A DNA stretch of 64,000 nucleotides from Selaginella moellendorffii (lineage: Eukaryota > Plantae > Lycopodiophyta): contig NW_003314303.1 of NCBI RefSeq assembly GCF_000143415.4, positions 97,579 to 161,578 on the forward strand, given 5' to 3'. The position numbers and the translations under genes were made by a program. The notes beneath the pieces are model-generated. The model saw only the letters and a program-made list of their open reading frames with translations, did no database searches and was not told the DNA's origin. Shown piece after piece: positions 49,740 to 61,819 of the stretch. How positions within the stretch are numbered: the first letter of the stretch is position 1; each line of letters begins with the position of its first letter.

Positions 49740-52700
49740 AAAAAAAACCAACTATGATGGTACATATGCTCTCGCAACACATTGCAACATCACGCACCTG
49801 AAAGATTACCATGAAATGAGATGGTAAAGACAAAAATGGAGACTCACGAATACTATGGACAGTATTGCAAAAAGAACACTTGCAAGTATATGAAATGAAA
49901 AGTGAAATAATAAAATATTTTTATTAATTATATAAGTTATAATAAGTTTATATTATTGATAGAGAATAAACATTGATAGTGTTGGAAAATCTAATTAGCT
50001 CCAAAAGTTTTCTGCAACTCAACAATAACAAGGTTTGCATGGTGTATATGAATATCTACTATAGGATTTTGGTACAAGATGTTGATGAAGATGTAATATA
50101 TATACTTGCAAAGAGTATATGGCTTCTCATATTCCTCGCGCTTTGTAAAGTCTAGACATGTGCAAGAAGGAAAGTCTTGAATGGCAATTGTGTACTCTCT
50201 ATCTTCTGTTTTGACTATGTACTCCTTTGCAAGTGTAGTGATGTACTTGGAGAGAATCTTACATTCAAATGTTTAAGCCAAGTTTATTTTACCTTGCTTC
50301 TGCTTGGAGACGGTACCAATAAATTTAACTGCTTTACCTTTTCTTACTGGCCTCCTGTGCATCTCTGTACGAATAGTCCTGGTTTTATCACTCATGTCTC
50401 CAACTCTCCTTTCAAGATTGAAACCAGATTTCTCAAGGTTTTCAATCTTATATGAGGTGAGCACAACCCCATTAGCAACTGGCCATTCTTTAGGTACTGC
50501 ATTAGATTTAGTCACTATAGTATCTTCAAGCCACTTTGTATGGTTGACATCAGTGTTGCAGCAATATAGCCAACACTATCTTGAAAATCCTGCTTGCTTT
50601 CATTCCCCATGGAAACATGGGGTTGGAATAGAAGCAGACTTGTCATCATAGATCCAAACCTAACATTTGCCCTTCGGAAACATCCCCACACACCTTACAT
50701 TTGATTTTGCTGGCACTTGACGGATTGCCCATTGCTTCGGCTCCACGCTATGATAAGCAATTTCAACCTGTTGTGATGCACTTTCTTCATCAGCCACTTG
50801 AGGTGGCTCGGTTTGGGGGTGATGTCTTGGAGTAGAATGATACTCAACATTAGGCCTGTAAGAGCTTTTTGCTCTAAGATCCGTGCCAACATCTTCACCA
50901 GCAAAGGAAAAGTGACACTTTGAGCGGACGGTCTTCATGTCACCAATAGAAGCTTGAGGAGTGTACTCTATAGATGTGCCATGGACCACTTCCTCCACTG
51001 CAGTTGCCACTGTTCGTGCTAGTGGAGTCACTTTCTTTTTCATCCGATCGTGTAACATTTCAACTGAAGGTCCTGTTCCCATGTATTTTCCTTCCTCAAA
51101 TGCCAAAGCTTTTGAAGACTGCTCTACAGTGCATATTAAATCTAATAGACATGCTTCACATAAACTCATCTTCCCTTTCCTTGCTTTAGAGGAACGCTAG
51201 ATCCCTGCTTACTCTCTAAGAGATTCACAGTTGGGGTGTATGCAAGATCCTCAAGTGGTTGATCCTAATAAAAAAATGATATTAAAAAGCAATAAAAAGA
51301 GAGAAAAAAAAGAAAAACCAACTTGAAAAGAGTGATGTCCCCATTGGAACATCTTAACTTCCCACCACCCTAACCACGACTCAAGTTGTGGTAGACAACT
51401 TATATCAGTATGGCCATCTTCACACCACCACATTTGGATCTTGTTTGCTTTTGCCTTATACTCTTCTTTAGAAGGTGTGCCTTGCCATTGTTTGCACAAC
51501 TCCTTAAATGCTAATTGGAAATTTGGCTTGATAAGGTGGCAGTGTTGGTTTTGGCTCTAAGCCCAATAGGACTTACAAGTCCTCTTATAACCTTCTAGGG
51601 GTTGACCATTCCCAAAGACTGCCCGGACACCATTCCAATTAGCCTTAGCCCCATTTGCCATGAAACTGCAAAAGTTGGCAGGCTTACCAGTCCACTTCAA
51701 TACAATGTTGGAAAGGGACTTCCAAAATATTTCCTGAGCTATTTGGTTTTGTACTTTAAACTCTGTTGTTGCAATTGTCAAGTTATAACATAGCTTATGA
51801 AAAGGGCAATACTTAAAACCATTTTAAGATAATGAGAAAAAAAACTACTTCAAATCATACACATGAGCTTCTATGGTTGTCCAACCCACCACCCACTCCA
51901 TATGGTCAAAATGTACCCATGCATTAGCAAGGTCACTTGACCCAGACATATCCATTCGGGAAACAAGATCCACACTAGAGGCGGGGCCTATGGTAGACAT
52001 TTTGAAGACGAAGGGGCGTTCTTGCTCACTAATGATTTGATCTGGAAATAAACTCCCATGGATAAACTCATAGGGACAAGTCCGTTTTAGTTCAAGGATT
52101 GAGTCGATTTTCGATTAGAGTTTCCCTTCTCGAGATTCACACATCTAAGACTTTATCCTAAATAAAACAAAATGTAAGAGAGATAATATTGAAAAGTATG
52201 TAATAATATTTTCGTACCTCCTGAGGCTAGTTGCAGGTTGCATGTGTCATAGTAACTCTCGCAAGCTAACCTCATCTAGTTGAGATCTCTTGCAGTCCGG
52301 ATCAAGTAAAGTGCTTGTGATAAAATCCTTGAGCACTATCTTTTAAGCATACTTCAGAATTACAAATGAGTTTCTCACAGTCTCTATCTGCACTACATCT
52401 TTGAAACAGTTGACTGAACTCCTTTGTATCCCTTCCTGCATTGGATGTGTGTGTGTGCTAATATGTATTACAGCTCTACCAGCCTCTCCATCCTGTGGAA
52501 GAAAATAGTACATCTTGGCCCCATAGATGGCACGACACAATGGAGTATTCTTGCAAAACTAACAATTGAATCCAACACCAATGGTGTTATAGATGGGAGG
52601 ATTGGTTGCAGATCCTTAAAAAATTGTGGAGTTTTTACCACACTCTTGATTGCATGTTTTATTCACACAATCCAAATACCCACCACAATGAACCATGGAC

Positions 52701-53200
52701 ACTATGCCTTTGAAATGTCGGAAATATGTAGTCTTGATCTTGCACCAATTGTGGACGTCCTTCTTGGTCTCCATCCTCTTTCGTTTTGAGCTGACAAGAA
52801 GTGGTAGTTCAAAGAAGATATTGCCATTGTATGTAGATGGGAGCTCGCTAAAGAGCCTATGTAGAAAGGAACGCATGTCGATAGAGAGGCGGAAAAACTG
52901 GAAAGTGTTGCAAACAGCTTTGAATATTGGTGAAGTTGGAGTTTGGAAATTCTTGGCTCGCATTGGATTAACATCTCCACTAAAATTAGAAGAGGAAGAA
53001 ATGATGACCACCGACTTTTGCTTCATATTCACTTTGGCAGGATCACAACCTTGCACTTGGATTGGAGATCCAAAAACTTAAATTTCCTTCGACTTGGAAT
53101 GTTGTAAATCCCAATATTGTCCACCTTCACCTACACCCGAAAGAAGAAACTTCGATTGTTCACCTACACCAATGTAGTGAATCACAGCCTCCAATAAAAT
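49740..53200 (-). mobile_element. Decayed Mutator-like (MULE) DNA transposon
   Basis: Minus-strand fragments AWVHFDH..VVGWTTIEAHVYD and MTIATTEFK..AQEIFW..NFCSFMANGAKANWNGVRAVFG..RTCKSYW resemble decayed MULE DDE and CxxH regions. Multiple stops; boundaries uncertain. Confidence 0.6.
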
Positions 53201-54444
53201 AGAACCAAGAGAAAGATCAAAATGTTGGCAAAGAAAACTTTCTAAAATAAGACTTTAAGAGAAAGAATACCAACTTATGCTTAGCATAATAAATTAGTTT
53301 TAAAGAATTTAGTCAAAGTTACTACAATGCTATTAAGTGTAAGTAGACTAGCTTCACTATCAACTACTTTGGGGTTGATTATAATTTGACCAAACAACTT
53401 CATAAATATGGTATAACAAAAATTCAACTATTAAAATTAGTTAGCTACTACTCTAGTTCTCTCAACTTCAAGTTTGCTAGAACCTTCATTTGTTCAATTT
53501 AGATTTCATTTGTAGTTGAATATATTGACTTGAGTTGACTTGTGTTGAATTGAGCTCAACTTGTGAGCTCACTCAACTTTGGACCATCCCCCAAGAATGG
53601 CATCTATACCACTCAACGTTTGCACTTGGTCCAAATGCTTCACATGTTCGATCCTATGACCGACACTCAAAAGTACCACTGATATAGCAGTTCGTTACGC
53701 TAAGGTTATGCCCATTCATCTTTGTCACACCAGTGATCTAGCACCACTTACATCACAGTCCCATCTCTCAAAGACTTGGTTATCCATTCATGAATGATCA
53801 TCCTAAATCCACTCCTTAGCATCCTTAGGATGCCCACAGACATAGAGAATAGCCTTCCCTAATATCCTTTTTTTAGTCCCCACTAAGTCCCTTTTTGTCT
53901 ATGGCTGTGTTTACCAACATTGCCATTGGGTCAAGGCCCATAGGCTTGATTACTAAGTCTCACTATCCTCTAGGACTTCCTCACCATATGGCTGTATCTT
54001 TAGTCACTATATCAGAGGATTGTTTCTCTTCCTTTCCACAATCCAAGACTTTGGGATAGCATTTCAGAATATCGTAGCCCTACACGAGCTTTATGGGTAC
54101 TTTCCCCACCTTCCACCTTCGGGTGCTCTAGCCATAGGGCTAGAGCAAGGTTCCATTGAGCCATGCTAAATATCTAAGTAGGTAGTGCCACCCACGTTTG
54201 GATTGGAAGCATTGATCATTCGATCTCCTAGGGGAACTAAAGTTAGCTCTTGAACACTTTACCAAGTAACCCCGCTTATCAATTTATATTCACTCTAGCC
54301 TTGGACTCCTCAGTGGATATATCATCACCCAACATGTGGGTATAGCCTTCCTGGGTCACACTAGCCTTTCCTATCCAAACTAGCTCCACTTGGGTCCAAC
54401 CCCCACACTCTCCCTACTATACTTTTGGAATGCCTTTTGGAATA

Positions 54445-54590
54445 GACTTGGACTCAGATTTGGACTCAAACTCGGACTCGGACTTGGTCTTGGTCTCGGT
54501 CTCGGTCTCAATCTTGGTTCCATCTTGAACTCCATCTCGGACTCTATTTCAGGTCCATTTTAGACTCCATTTTGGACCCATCTCGACACT
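54445..54590. repeat. Degenerate 6/12-bp periodic repeat (TYGGAC/TCGGTC)
   Basis: ttggactcagatttggactcaaactcggactcggacttggtcttggtctcggtctcggtc... Confidence 0.7.
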
Positions 54591-54826
54591 TCCACGTGTC
54601 ATATGTTAGTCCTTTTGTGTCCCTTTTTTAGAGACTCACTTATTGCTCATTTCGTGCTCATCCCTTAAGCACTTCATTGAGAGTTCCACTCCTACTCTCG
54701 ACTTTTCAAGTCAAAGCTTTTAGTCCAAATGTATTACACTCATTTGGCTTTCATTTTGGCCACTATTACATGGCACCCTTTTGGCTCCACTTTTGGGGCT
54801 CTAGGATTTGTGTTTCACAATTGGAT

Positions 54827-55629
54827 TGTAAGTAATCAAAGAGAATGATTTAAAAAATGATCCATAAAGTTCAAATATAGAAGGAAAGGGCCTATAAACA
54901 AAAATGCACCCCCTTTTCTAATAGGTTAAGGGTTTTAAGACAGTTGGGGTTAAACATCCTTGGGTTTGAATAGTACTGAGTTGAGTGACTTCCTAGGAAG
55001 CCTAAATTCAAGAGTTTACATTTGGTATCAGAGCGGTTTTAGGTTCGACTTTGTTGGTTGGCTAAAAGAATTGCACCACATGTTGATTAACATTTGGTAG
55101 GTCCAGTTTGCTATTCAAGAGTTTACATTTGGTATTAAAAGGATTTCGGGTTTGACTTTGGTTGGCTAAAGGAATTGTACCACATGTTAATTAACATTTG
55201 GTAGGTCCAATTTGCTATTCAAGAGCTTACATTTGGTATCAAAGGGATCTTGGGTTCGACTCTGTTAGTTGGCTAAAGGAATTGCACCACATGTTAATTG
55301 ACATATGGTAGGTTCAATTTGCTTCAACTAGGCTCAACCTAAGGGGTAGTTTATCAAGAGAGTGGGGCTCTTAGGAGAATTACGACTCTTAGTTTCAGTT
55401 CAAAAGGGTGTGAATTTGCAGGGAAGCGTAGTAGATTGTAAGCAACTAAAGAGAACAACTTAAGAGACGATCTATGGGGTTCAAATATAGAGAGAAAAGG
55501 GCTATAAACAAAAATGCACCCTTTTTTTCAATCGATTAAGGGTTTTGGGATATTGGAGTTAAGCATCCTTAGCTTTGAATAGTATTCAGTTGGGTGACCT
55601 TCTAGGAAGTCCAAATTCAGGAACTTACA
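54827..55629 (+). mobile_element. Cassandra-like TRIM with a 5S rRNA-derived segment in both LTRs (copy 2)
   Basis: LTRs at 54827-55020 and 55437-55629 (TGTAAG...TTACA), PBS TGGTATCAGAGC at 55023-55034, and 5S-like segments at ~54946-55003 and 55555-55612. No clear TSD. Confidence 0.85.
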
Positions 55630-55890
55630 ATTGAATCTTTCTTCTCAGATTCAAGGGTTAGAACCTGCAATAGTGATCCCATTGCACAACACAACCAAAC
55701 TATACAAGAGAAAAAAAAAGAGGATAGTGAAGATAGTGATCATGAGTTGGAGATAAATGTAATGATAGAAGGTGTAACAAATTGGGTGGAAAAGAATGCC
55801 CTCCTACTTATTTTAGAAAATTGCAATTCTGTGACTTTCAAAAAATGCTTTATATGTTTTCTAGTTTTTGTGGAAACAATGGTGATGATC

Positions 55891-57005
55891 AATATGATGG
55901 TATAGATGCTCTCGTAACATACTACAATATCACATACTTGAAAGACTACCATAAAATAATTTTTGAGATGGTAAAGACAGAAATTGAGATATACAAGTAT
56001 TATGGGTAGTATTGCAAAAAGAACACTCGCAAGTATATGAAATGAAAAGTGAAATAAAAAACTATTTTTTAATTATTTGTATAAAGTATAATAAATTTAT
56101 ATTATTGATAGAGAATAAATATTGATAGTTTTGGAAAATCTAGTTAACTCCAAAAGTCTTCTGCAACTCAGCAATAGTAAAGCTTGCTTAGTGTATATGA
56201 ATATCCACTTTAAAATCTTGGTGCAAAATGTTGATGAAGATGTAATACATATGCTTATAAGGAGTATATGCTTTCCTATATTCCTTGTGCTTTATAAAAT
56301 TTGGATATATGCAAAAAAGAAGGTCTTGAATGATAATTGTATACTCCACCTTCTATTTTGACTTTGTACTCCTTTGCAAGTGTAATGATATACTTCATGG
56401 AGCGAATCTCACAATCAAGTGTTTGAGCCAAGCTTATTTTACCCTGCTTCTACTTGAAAATAGTATCAATAAATTTAATTGCTTTACCTTTTCTTACTAA
56501 CCTCTTATGCATTTCTTTGCGAACAGTCTTAGTTTTCTCATTCATTTCTTTAACTCTCCTTTCAAGGTTGAAACCAAATTTCTTAAGGTTTTCAATCTCA
56601 TCTAAGGTGAGCATGACCTTATTAACAATTGGCCATTTTTTACATACTGCATTAGGTTTAGTCACTACAATGTCTTCAAGCTGCTTTATATGGTTGGTAT
56701 CAATGTTGCAACAATACAGCTAGCACCATCTTGAAAATCCTAATTGTTTTCATTCCCCATACAAGTATGGGGTTGGAACAAAAGTAGATTTATCATTATA
56801 GATTCAGATCTAACACTTACCCCTTAGAAGCATCCCTACACACTTTATATTAAGTTTTGCTGGCACTTAACAAATTGCCTATTGCTTCAGCTCCATGCTA
56901 TAGTAAGCAATTTCAACATATTATGATGCACTCTCTTCATCAGCCACTTGAGATGGCATGATAGGTAGTGTCTTGGAGCAGAATGGTACTTAACATCAAG
57001 CTAAG
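55891..57005 (-). mobile_element. Second, more decayed copy of the MULE-associated sequence (homologous to ~49751-50852)
   Basis: Direct colinear similarity, e.g. ORFs 49973-50155 vs 56122-56361 and 50273-50515 vs 56450-56665. Homology resumes at 61567-61820 (matching ~51315-51570). Confidence 0.8.
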
Positions 57006-60000
57006 TGTAAAGGTCTAAGTGTACAGTTATGATACCATATGCTAATATTAGTGTAGTGGGATTTTGGTAGCCATCAGATTGATTTCAATTTGGACTGGTC
57101 ACTCTTGTATATAAACTAGGGTTGTTGAGCTAATTGATATACATATTTTCTATATTCCCTTTTATTCCATGCACTTACATTGGTGGAGGTGAGAGGCACC
57201 TTTGATTATCCTTGAGGAGTGCTTGGATTTGGGATTTTTGTTCAAATGTAGCTTTTGCATCGTCTAGATCTAGGTTTTTCATTTCCTTTTTTTTGTTCTT
57301 TCCTTTCAGGATTTTAATTTAGATCTAGCTTTTGTATTATCTAGATCTCCCTTTCCTTCTTACTTTTTTTATTTCTATTCTTTTGCTCTTTCCTTTTCAT
57401 TCATTTTTATGGTAGATTAGCAATTTCCTCCTTTGACTCTAGAGTAGCAGTTTGTGCAATTGTTTGATGCTATGTGATTGCAATTGAACAACCAAACTTA
57501 GTTGATGGCAACATTCATAATATGGGACAACTCCTTCTGCTCTTGGTGCCAATCCTCGTGTTTAGCTAAGAGTTCTTTAGTAGGAATATTCGGGATGATG
57601 TGTACCATTGGTTTGATCACTTCATGGTGATTACCACATATCATTCTTGGGATGATGCTTGATATTTGAGTGAGTTTCCTACGTATCTTCAAAGGACAGT
57701 GCTGCAGTGGTAATGGTTTGAGTGTAGCCACTCATGAGGATTGGAGTATTCTCCCAGACGTCTTTAAATGGACATTCAAACATACTGACGATTGTAATGA
57801 TGCCTTCCAATAATTGCATCATCTTCGTCAAGGGCTATTTGAGTCTGTGATGCAATTTTACATTTATTTCTTAAGCCTTTTGCTTCATGTAGAGCCAAAT
57901 ATATTAGAGCAGATCAGGTTGGGAATATTGTGGTTAACACTTCATCAAGATCTTGTAGGACTTGCGCATGCACTTACTCTAGCCACCGTTGATGATGCCC
58001 TTCACTTGGCATAATAATATGAGATATTGCCTCTTCTACTTTTCGTTGCACATCTTTCAACTCCACTTCCTGTGGGAGATGGTCCTATTCCAATGGAGGT
58101 TGATATTGCTGTTACTTGAGTTCAAGGATAAGGGCGAGGAGGTGGTCATAGCCGTAATGTTCACTGCTGGGCATATGATAAAGTTGGTCACACTTATCAG
58201 TGTTATTGGTGTTTTCTGGATGGGCTGCCTCTATTTTCTGGGTGGAGACCTCGATGTTAGCAATGTCTTGTCGGTGCTATTGTAGTGGAAGGTCTGGACA
58301 CCAAGATGTATCTAGGAAACAAGGAGTCACTCGAGTAACAAAGGGATTTTGCACGAATAAGTCAGTGTCCCCTCCATCTTGTTTTTGAGAGTATTATTAG
58401 GGGGTTCACTCAGCACCAATTCATCCAGTGTTTACTTTCCAAGCTCGTTTTTATAATAAAAGGTCTCCTATTATTCTCTCCGTGTTAGTTGATACAGATT
58501 CGAGTTTATCTTCTATTGCTCAATCTATTGCCACACATTGCCGTCTACACTTGTATCGTGTAGCGAAGCTAGTTTTCATTCTTTATGGCAATAGTCATAC
58601 ACATGTATGTGCACGGGATGAGGTGGATCTGGTTGTGCATGTGGGTGATCTCGAGCTTGGGTTGCAGTCATTGCAGGTGGTGCCGAGTCAAGCTTTTGAC
58701 TTCAACCTTGGTATGCCTTGTTTCATACTTCCTTATATTTCATCCATTCCTCTCACTTCTATACCTTTTTGTCCCTCTACTTCTACCTCTATTTCCATTA
58801 CTTCCTTCTATATTTCTGTTTTATTCCACTCTTCCCTTTTCCGATCCCTCTAACTGTCTTTGTGTTGTAAGGGTTGACTGGCGCATAAAGGAGTATGCCG
58901 ATCTCTTTAAATTTGACCTATTATCTACAGCTAAGATTGCCACATGTCATCTAATTCCAACTAGGGATGCTCATCCAATCAAGGTTCCTATTCATCATCA
59001 GTCACTAAAAGAAATCAAGATTTTACGTGCAAATGTCAACGAGATGTTGGAAAAGGGTGTTATTCAAAAGTCGTGGAGTCTTTGCGATATGCTAGAAGTG
59101 ATTGCTAACTTCATTGATGATGTCTTGATCCACTTGGAGGGGATATAGCAAGAATATGTCCGTGATGTTTGTAAAGTGTTGAATCGGCTACGGAACGTTA
59201 GCTTAATTCGAAGCGTTCGGTATGCATATTTGGGTTGAAAGACATGACTTATCTTAGGTACAGTATATCTCGTGAAGGTTTGCAAATTGATTCTGAAAAA
59301 CTTGTGGCTGTTTTAAAGTTTCCTACTCCGAAAAGTGTGATTGATATGCAACACAAGGTGCGGTATCTCGGTTGTTTTGTGGATCATCTTTCTAATCACA
59401 CTGCGAGTATCGTTAAAGTCATCAACATCATTTTTCATTGGTTTGTGGATTGTAAGCGGGCGTTTATGAATCTCAAAGAGCTATTAATGACTCCTCTTAT
59501 TTTGGCATACCTTGACTATACTTGAGTTTTTATTTTGCGCATGGATACTTCTGATATTGGTCTTGAAAGTGTGTTGATGCAAAAGAGCCCGCGTGTGCCT
59601 GGTCAGCACCATCCCATTGCATATATAAGTTGTATATTACAACCAATGAAGACAAACTACTCCACGATAAAGAAAGAGTGTTTAGCAGTAGTTTGGGGTT
59701 TCAAGAAACTTCATACATATGTACATGGTTCTCAAACGTTACTAAAAGGTGATCATGCTACTGTTACTTTATTGTTAAAGCGGAAGAACCTTGTTGGTCG
59801 TACTATTTAGTGGGATTTGAAGCTTCAGATATATAATTTTGATGTTGCTCATCTCCCGGGGAGTTCTATGGCTGATGCTGATGCCCTTTCTCAAGCTCCT
59901 CTTTCTTTTTCACTCTCTTCTCATGTTTCTAACAAACCTATTATTCCAGCATCTATGAATTTTTTAGATAAGAATTCTAATTGCTGTACTTGACATTCAG

Positions 60001-61566
60001 TGTCCACAAGGTGCAAAGCAAGATCTACCTTTTCTTCATGAGGTTCACAAGGCTCAAAAGATTGAGCCATAGATTCAAAGGCTTTGAGATGAGTTTGAGA
60101 ATTTTGCATTAGTTGCTGATGACTTGCCATTCCGGCATTTATGTTCTCAATATTGCTTTAAAGGCAGCCTTTTTTATTTTGTAAGGATAGATCATGATGA
60201 TCATTTATGGCTAGTGGTGGCTTCAATTTTTATTCCATGGTTTCTCCATACTTACCATGATTCTCCTATTTTAGGCGGGTATATGGGACATTATTGTGTG
60301 ATTGAGAAGCTGCATAAATCTTTCTATTAGCCAGAAATACTATATGATGTTATCCGTTATATGTATAGTTACATTTGGTGCCAAGCTTGTAATACTCCCT
60401 CTCATGCTACGGAAGGACAATTAAAGTCAATTATAGTTTCCCATCTGTTTGAGTTAGTGGTGTTTGATCTTATGGGACCTTTTCCACTATCAACTACTGG
60501 CAATGAGTATGTTATTATTACTTCTAACTACTTCACTCTCTAAGTGGAAGTTGGTGCTAGTGCCTTTGCAACTGCTATTGGATATTTCCTCCTCAATCGA
60601 GTAGTGTTCCAGCATTCTTGTCCAGAGCGGATTCTTTCGGATAATGGTCTTATATTTATGGCTGAGGCATTTCATGTTTTGACATCTCGGTTGGAGATAC
60701 ACCACACTTTCACAAGTGCTTATTATCCACAGTCAAACAGTTTGGTGGAAAGGCTTGTTTGGACATTCAAAGGGATGATCGGGAAGTACGTGGACTTTCA
60801 GCATTTGGATTGAGATAGTTATTTGCCGTCTATTCGATATACATGTTTAGAGTTTTTTTGGTGCTTCACCATATAAACTTTTATATGGTTATGATCCAAT
60901 ATTACTAACAAAGCAATTGCCAATGAGTCGCCAATGCTAGGTCTTGGGATTAGTATTTGACAAGCATTCTTCCACTTGTCTGAGTAAAGTCTGCCAAATA
61001 TCTAGGCCATGTATAAGTGAGACAACAATAGTGCTACAACTCCCATCATCATTCATATGTGGAGTACAAAGTGAATGACTTAGTGTTAGTCTGTTTTCCC
61101 CATTTTATAGTACATGGTTTATCTAAGGGGCTCCTTGCTCAGTGGAAAGGACTGTATCAGGTGTTACGGTAAGTTGGACCTCAAGTTTATGAGGTTTGAC
61201 ATGATATACAGCAAGCCAATCCTCCAGAAATTGTGCATGTGTAGCAGTTGAAATGCTTTGAATAGTGGGATCAAGAACAATTAGCACCACTTATAGATCC
61301 ACTAATGCTTCCTCCTAATGTTCCTCCAGATCCCGGCCCATTTACAAGAGAACCCTGACAGTCTTCCATCATTCCAAGAGGAGGGGATGATGTGAGGTCC
61401 AAGTGTATGATTACAATGTTGTATACTAATATTAGTATAGTGGGATTTTGGTAGCTAACGGATTGATTTCAATTGGGACCACTCGCTCCTATATATAAGG
61501 TAAGGTTTTTGGGCTAATTGATATGCACATTTTTTACACTCCCTTTCCATATTCCATAAACTCATA
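57006..61566 (+). mobile_element. Decayed two-LTR Ty3/gypsy retrotransposon with internal RT deletion
   Basis: LTRs at ~57006-57179 and ~61391-61566, PBS TGGTGGAG (tRNA-Ala-like), PPT GAGGAGGGGATGA, protease VLVDT, RT ANFIDDVLI, RNase H MDTSDIGL..KECLAVVWG, and integrase FELVVFDLMGPFP and TSAYYPQSNSLVER. Confidence 0.88.
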
Positions 61567-61819
61567 AAACCAACATAAAGAGATTGATATCTCTAATGGA
61601 ACATCCTACATTTTCACCACCCCAACCACAACTCAAATTAAGGTAAGCAACTTGTGTTTATATGGCCATCTTTGCACCATTACATTTGAATTTCATTTGC
61701 CTTTGCCTCATGCTCTTCTTTAGAAGGTGCAATTTGCCATTGTTTCCACAACTCATTAAATGCTAATTAGAAATCTAGCTTGATAAGGTGGTAGTGCTGA
61801 TTTAGGCTCTGAGCCAATG

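Noticed and set aside
55555-55612. Genuine 5S rRNA gene
   Set aside because: Only the ~58-nt core is similar, the 5S termini are absent, and it sits inside paired LTRs.
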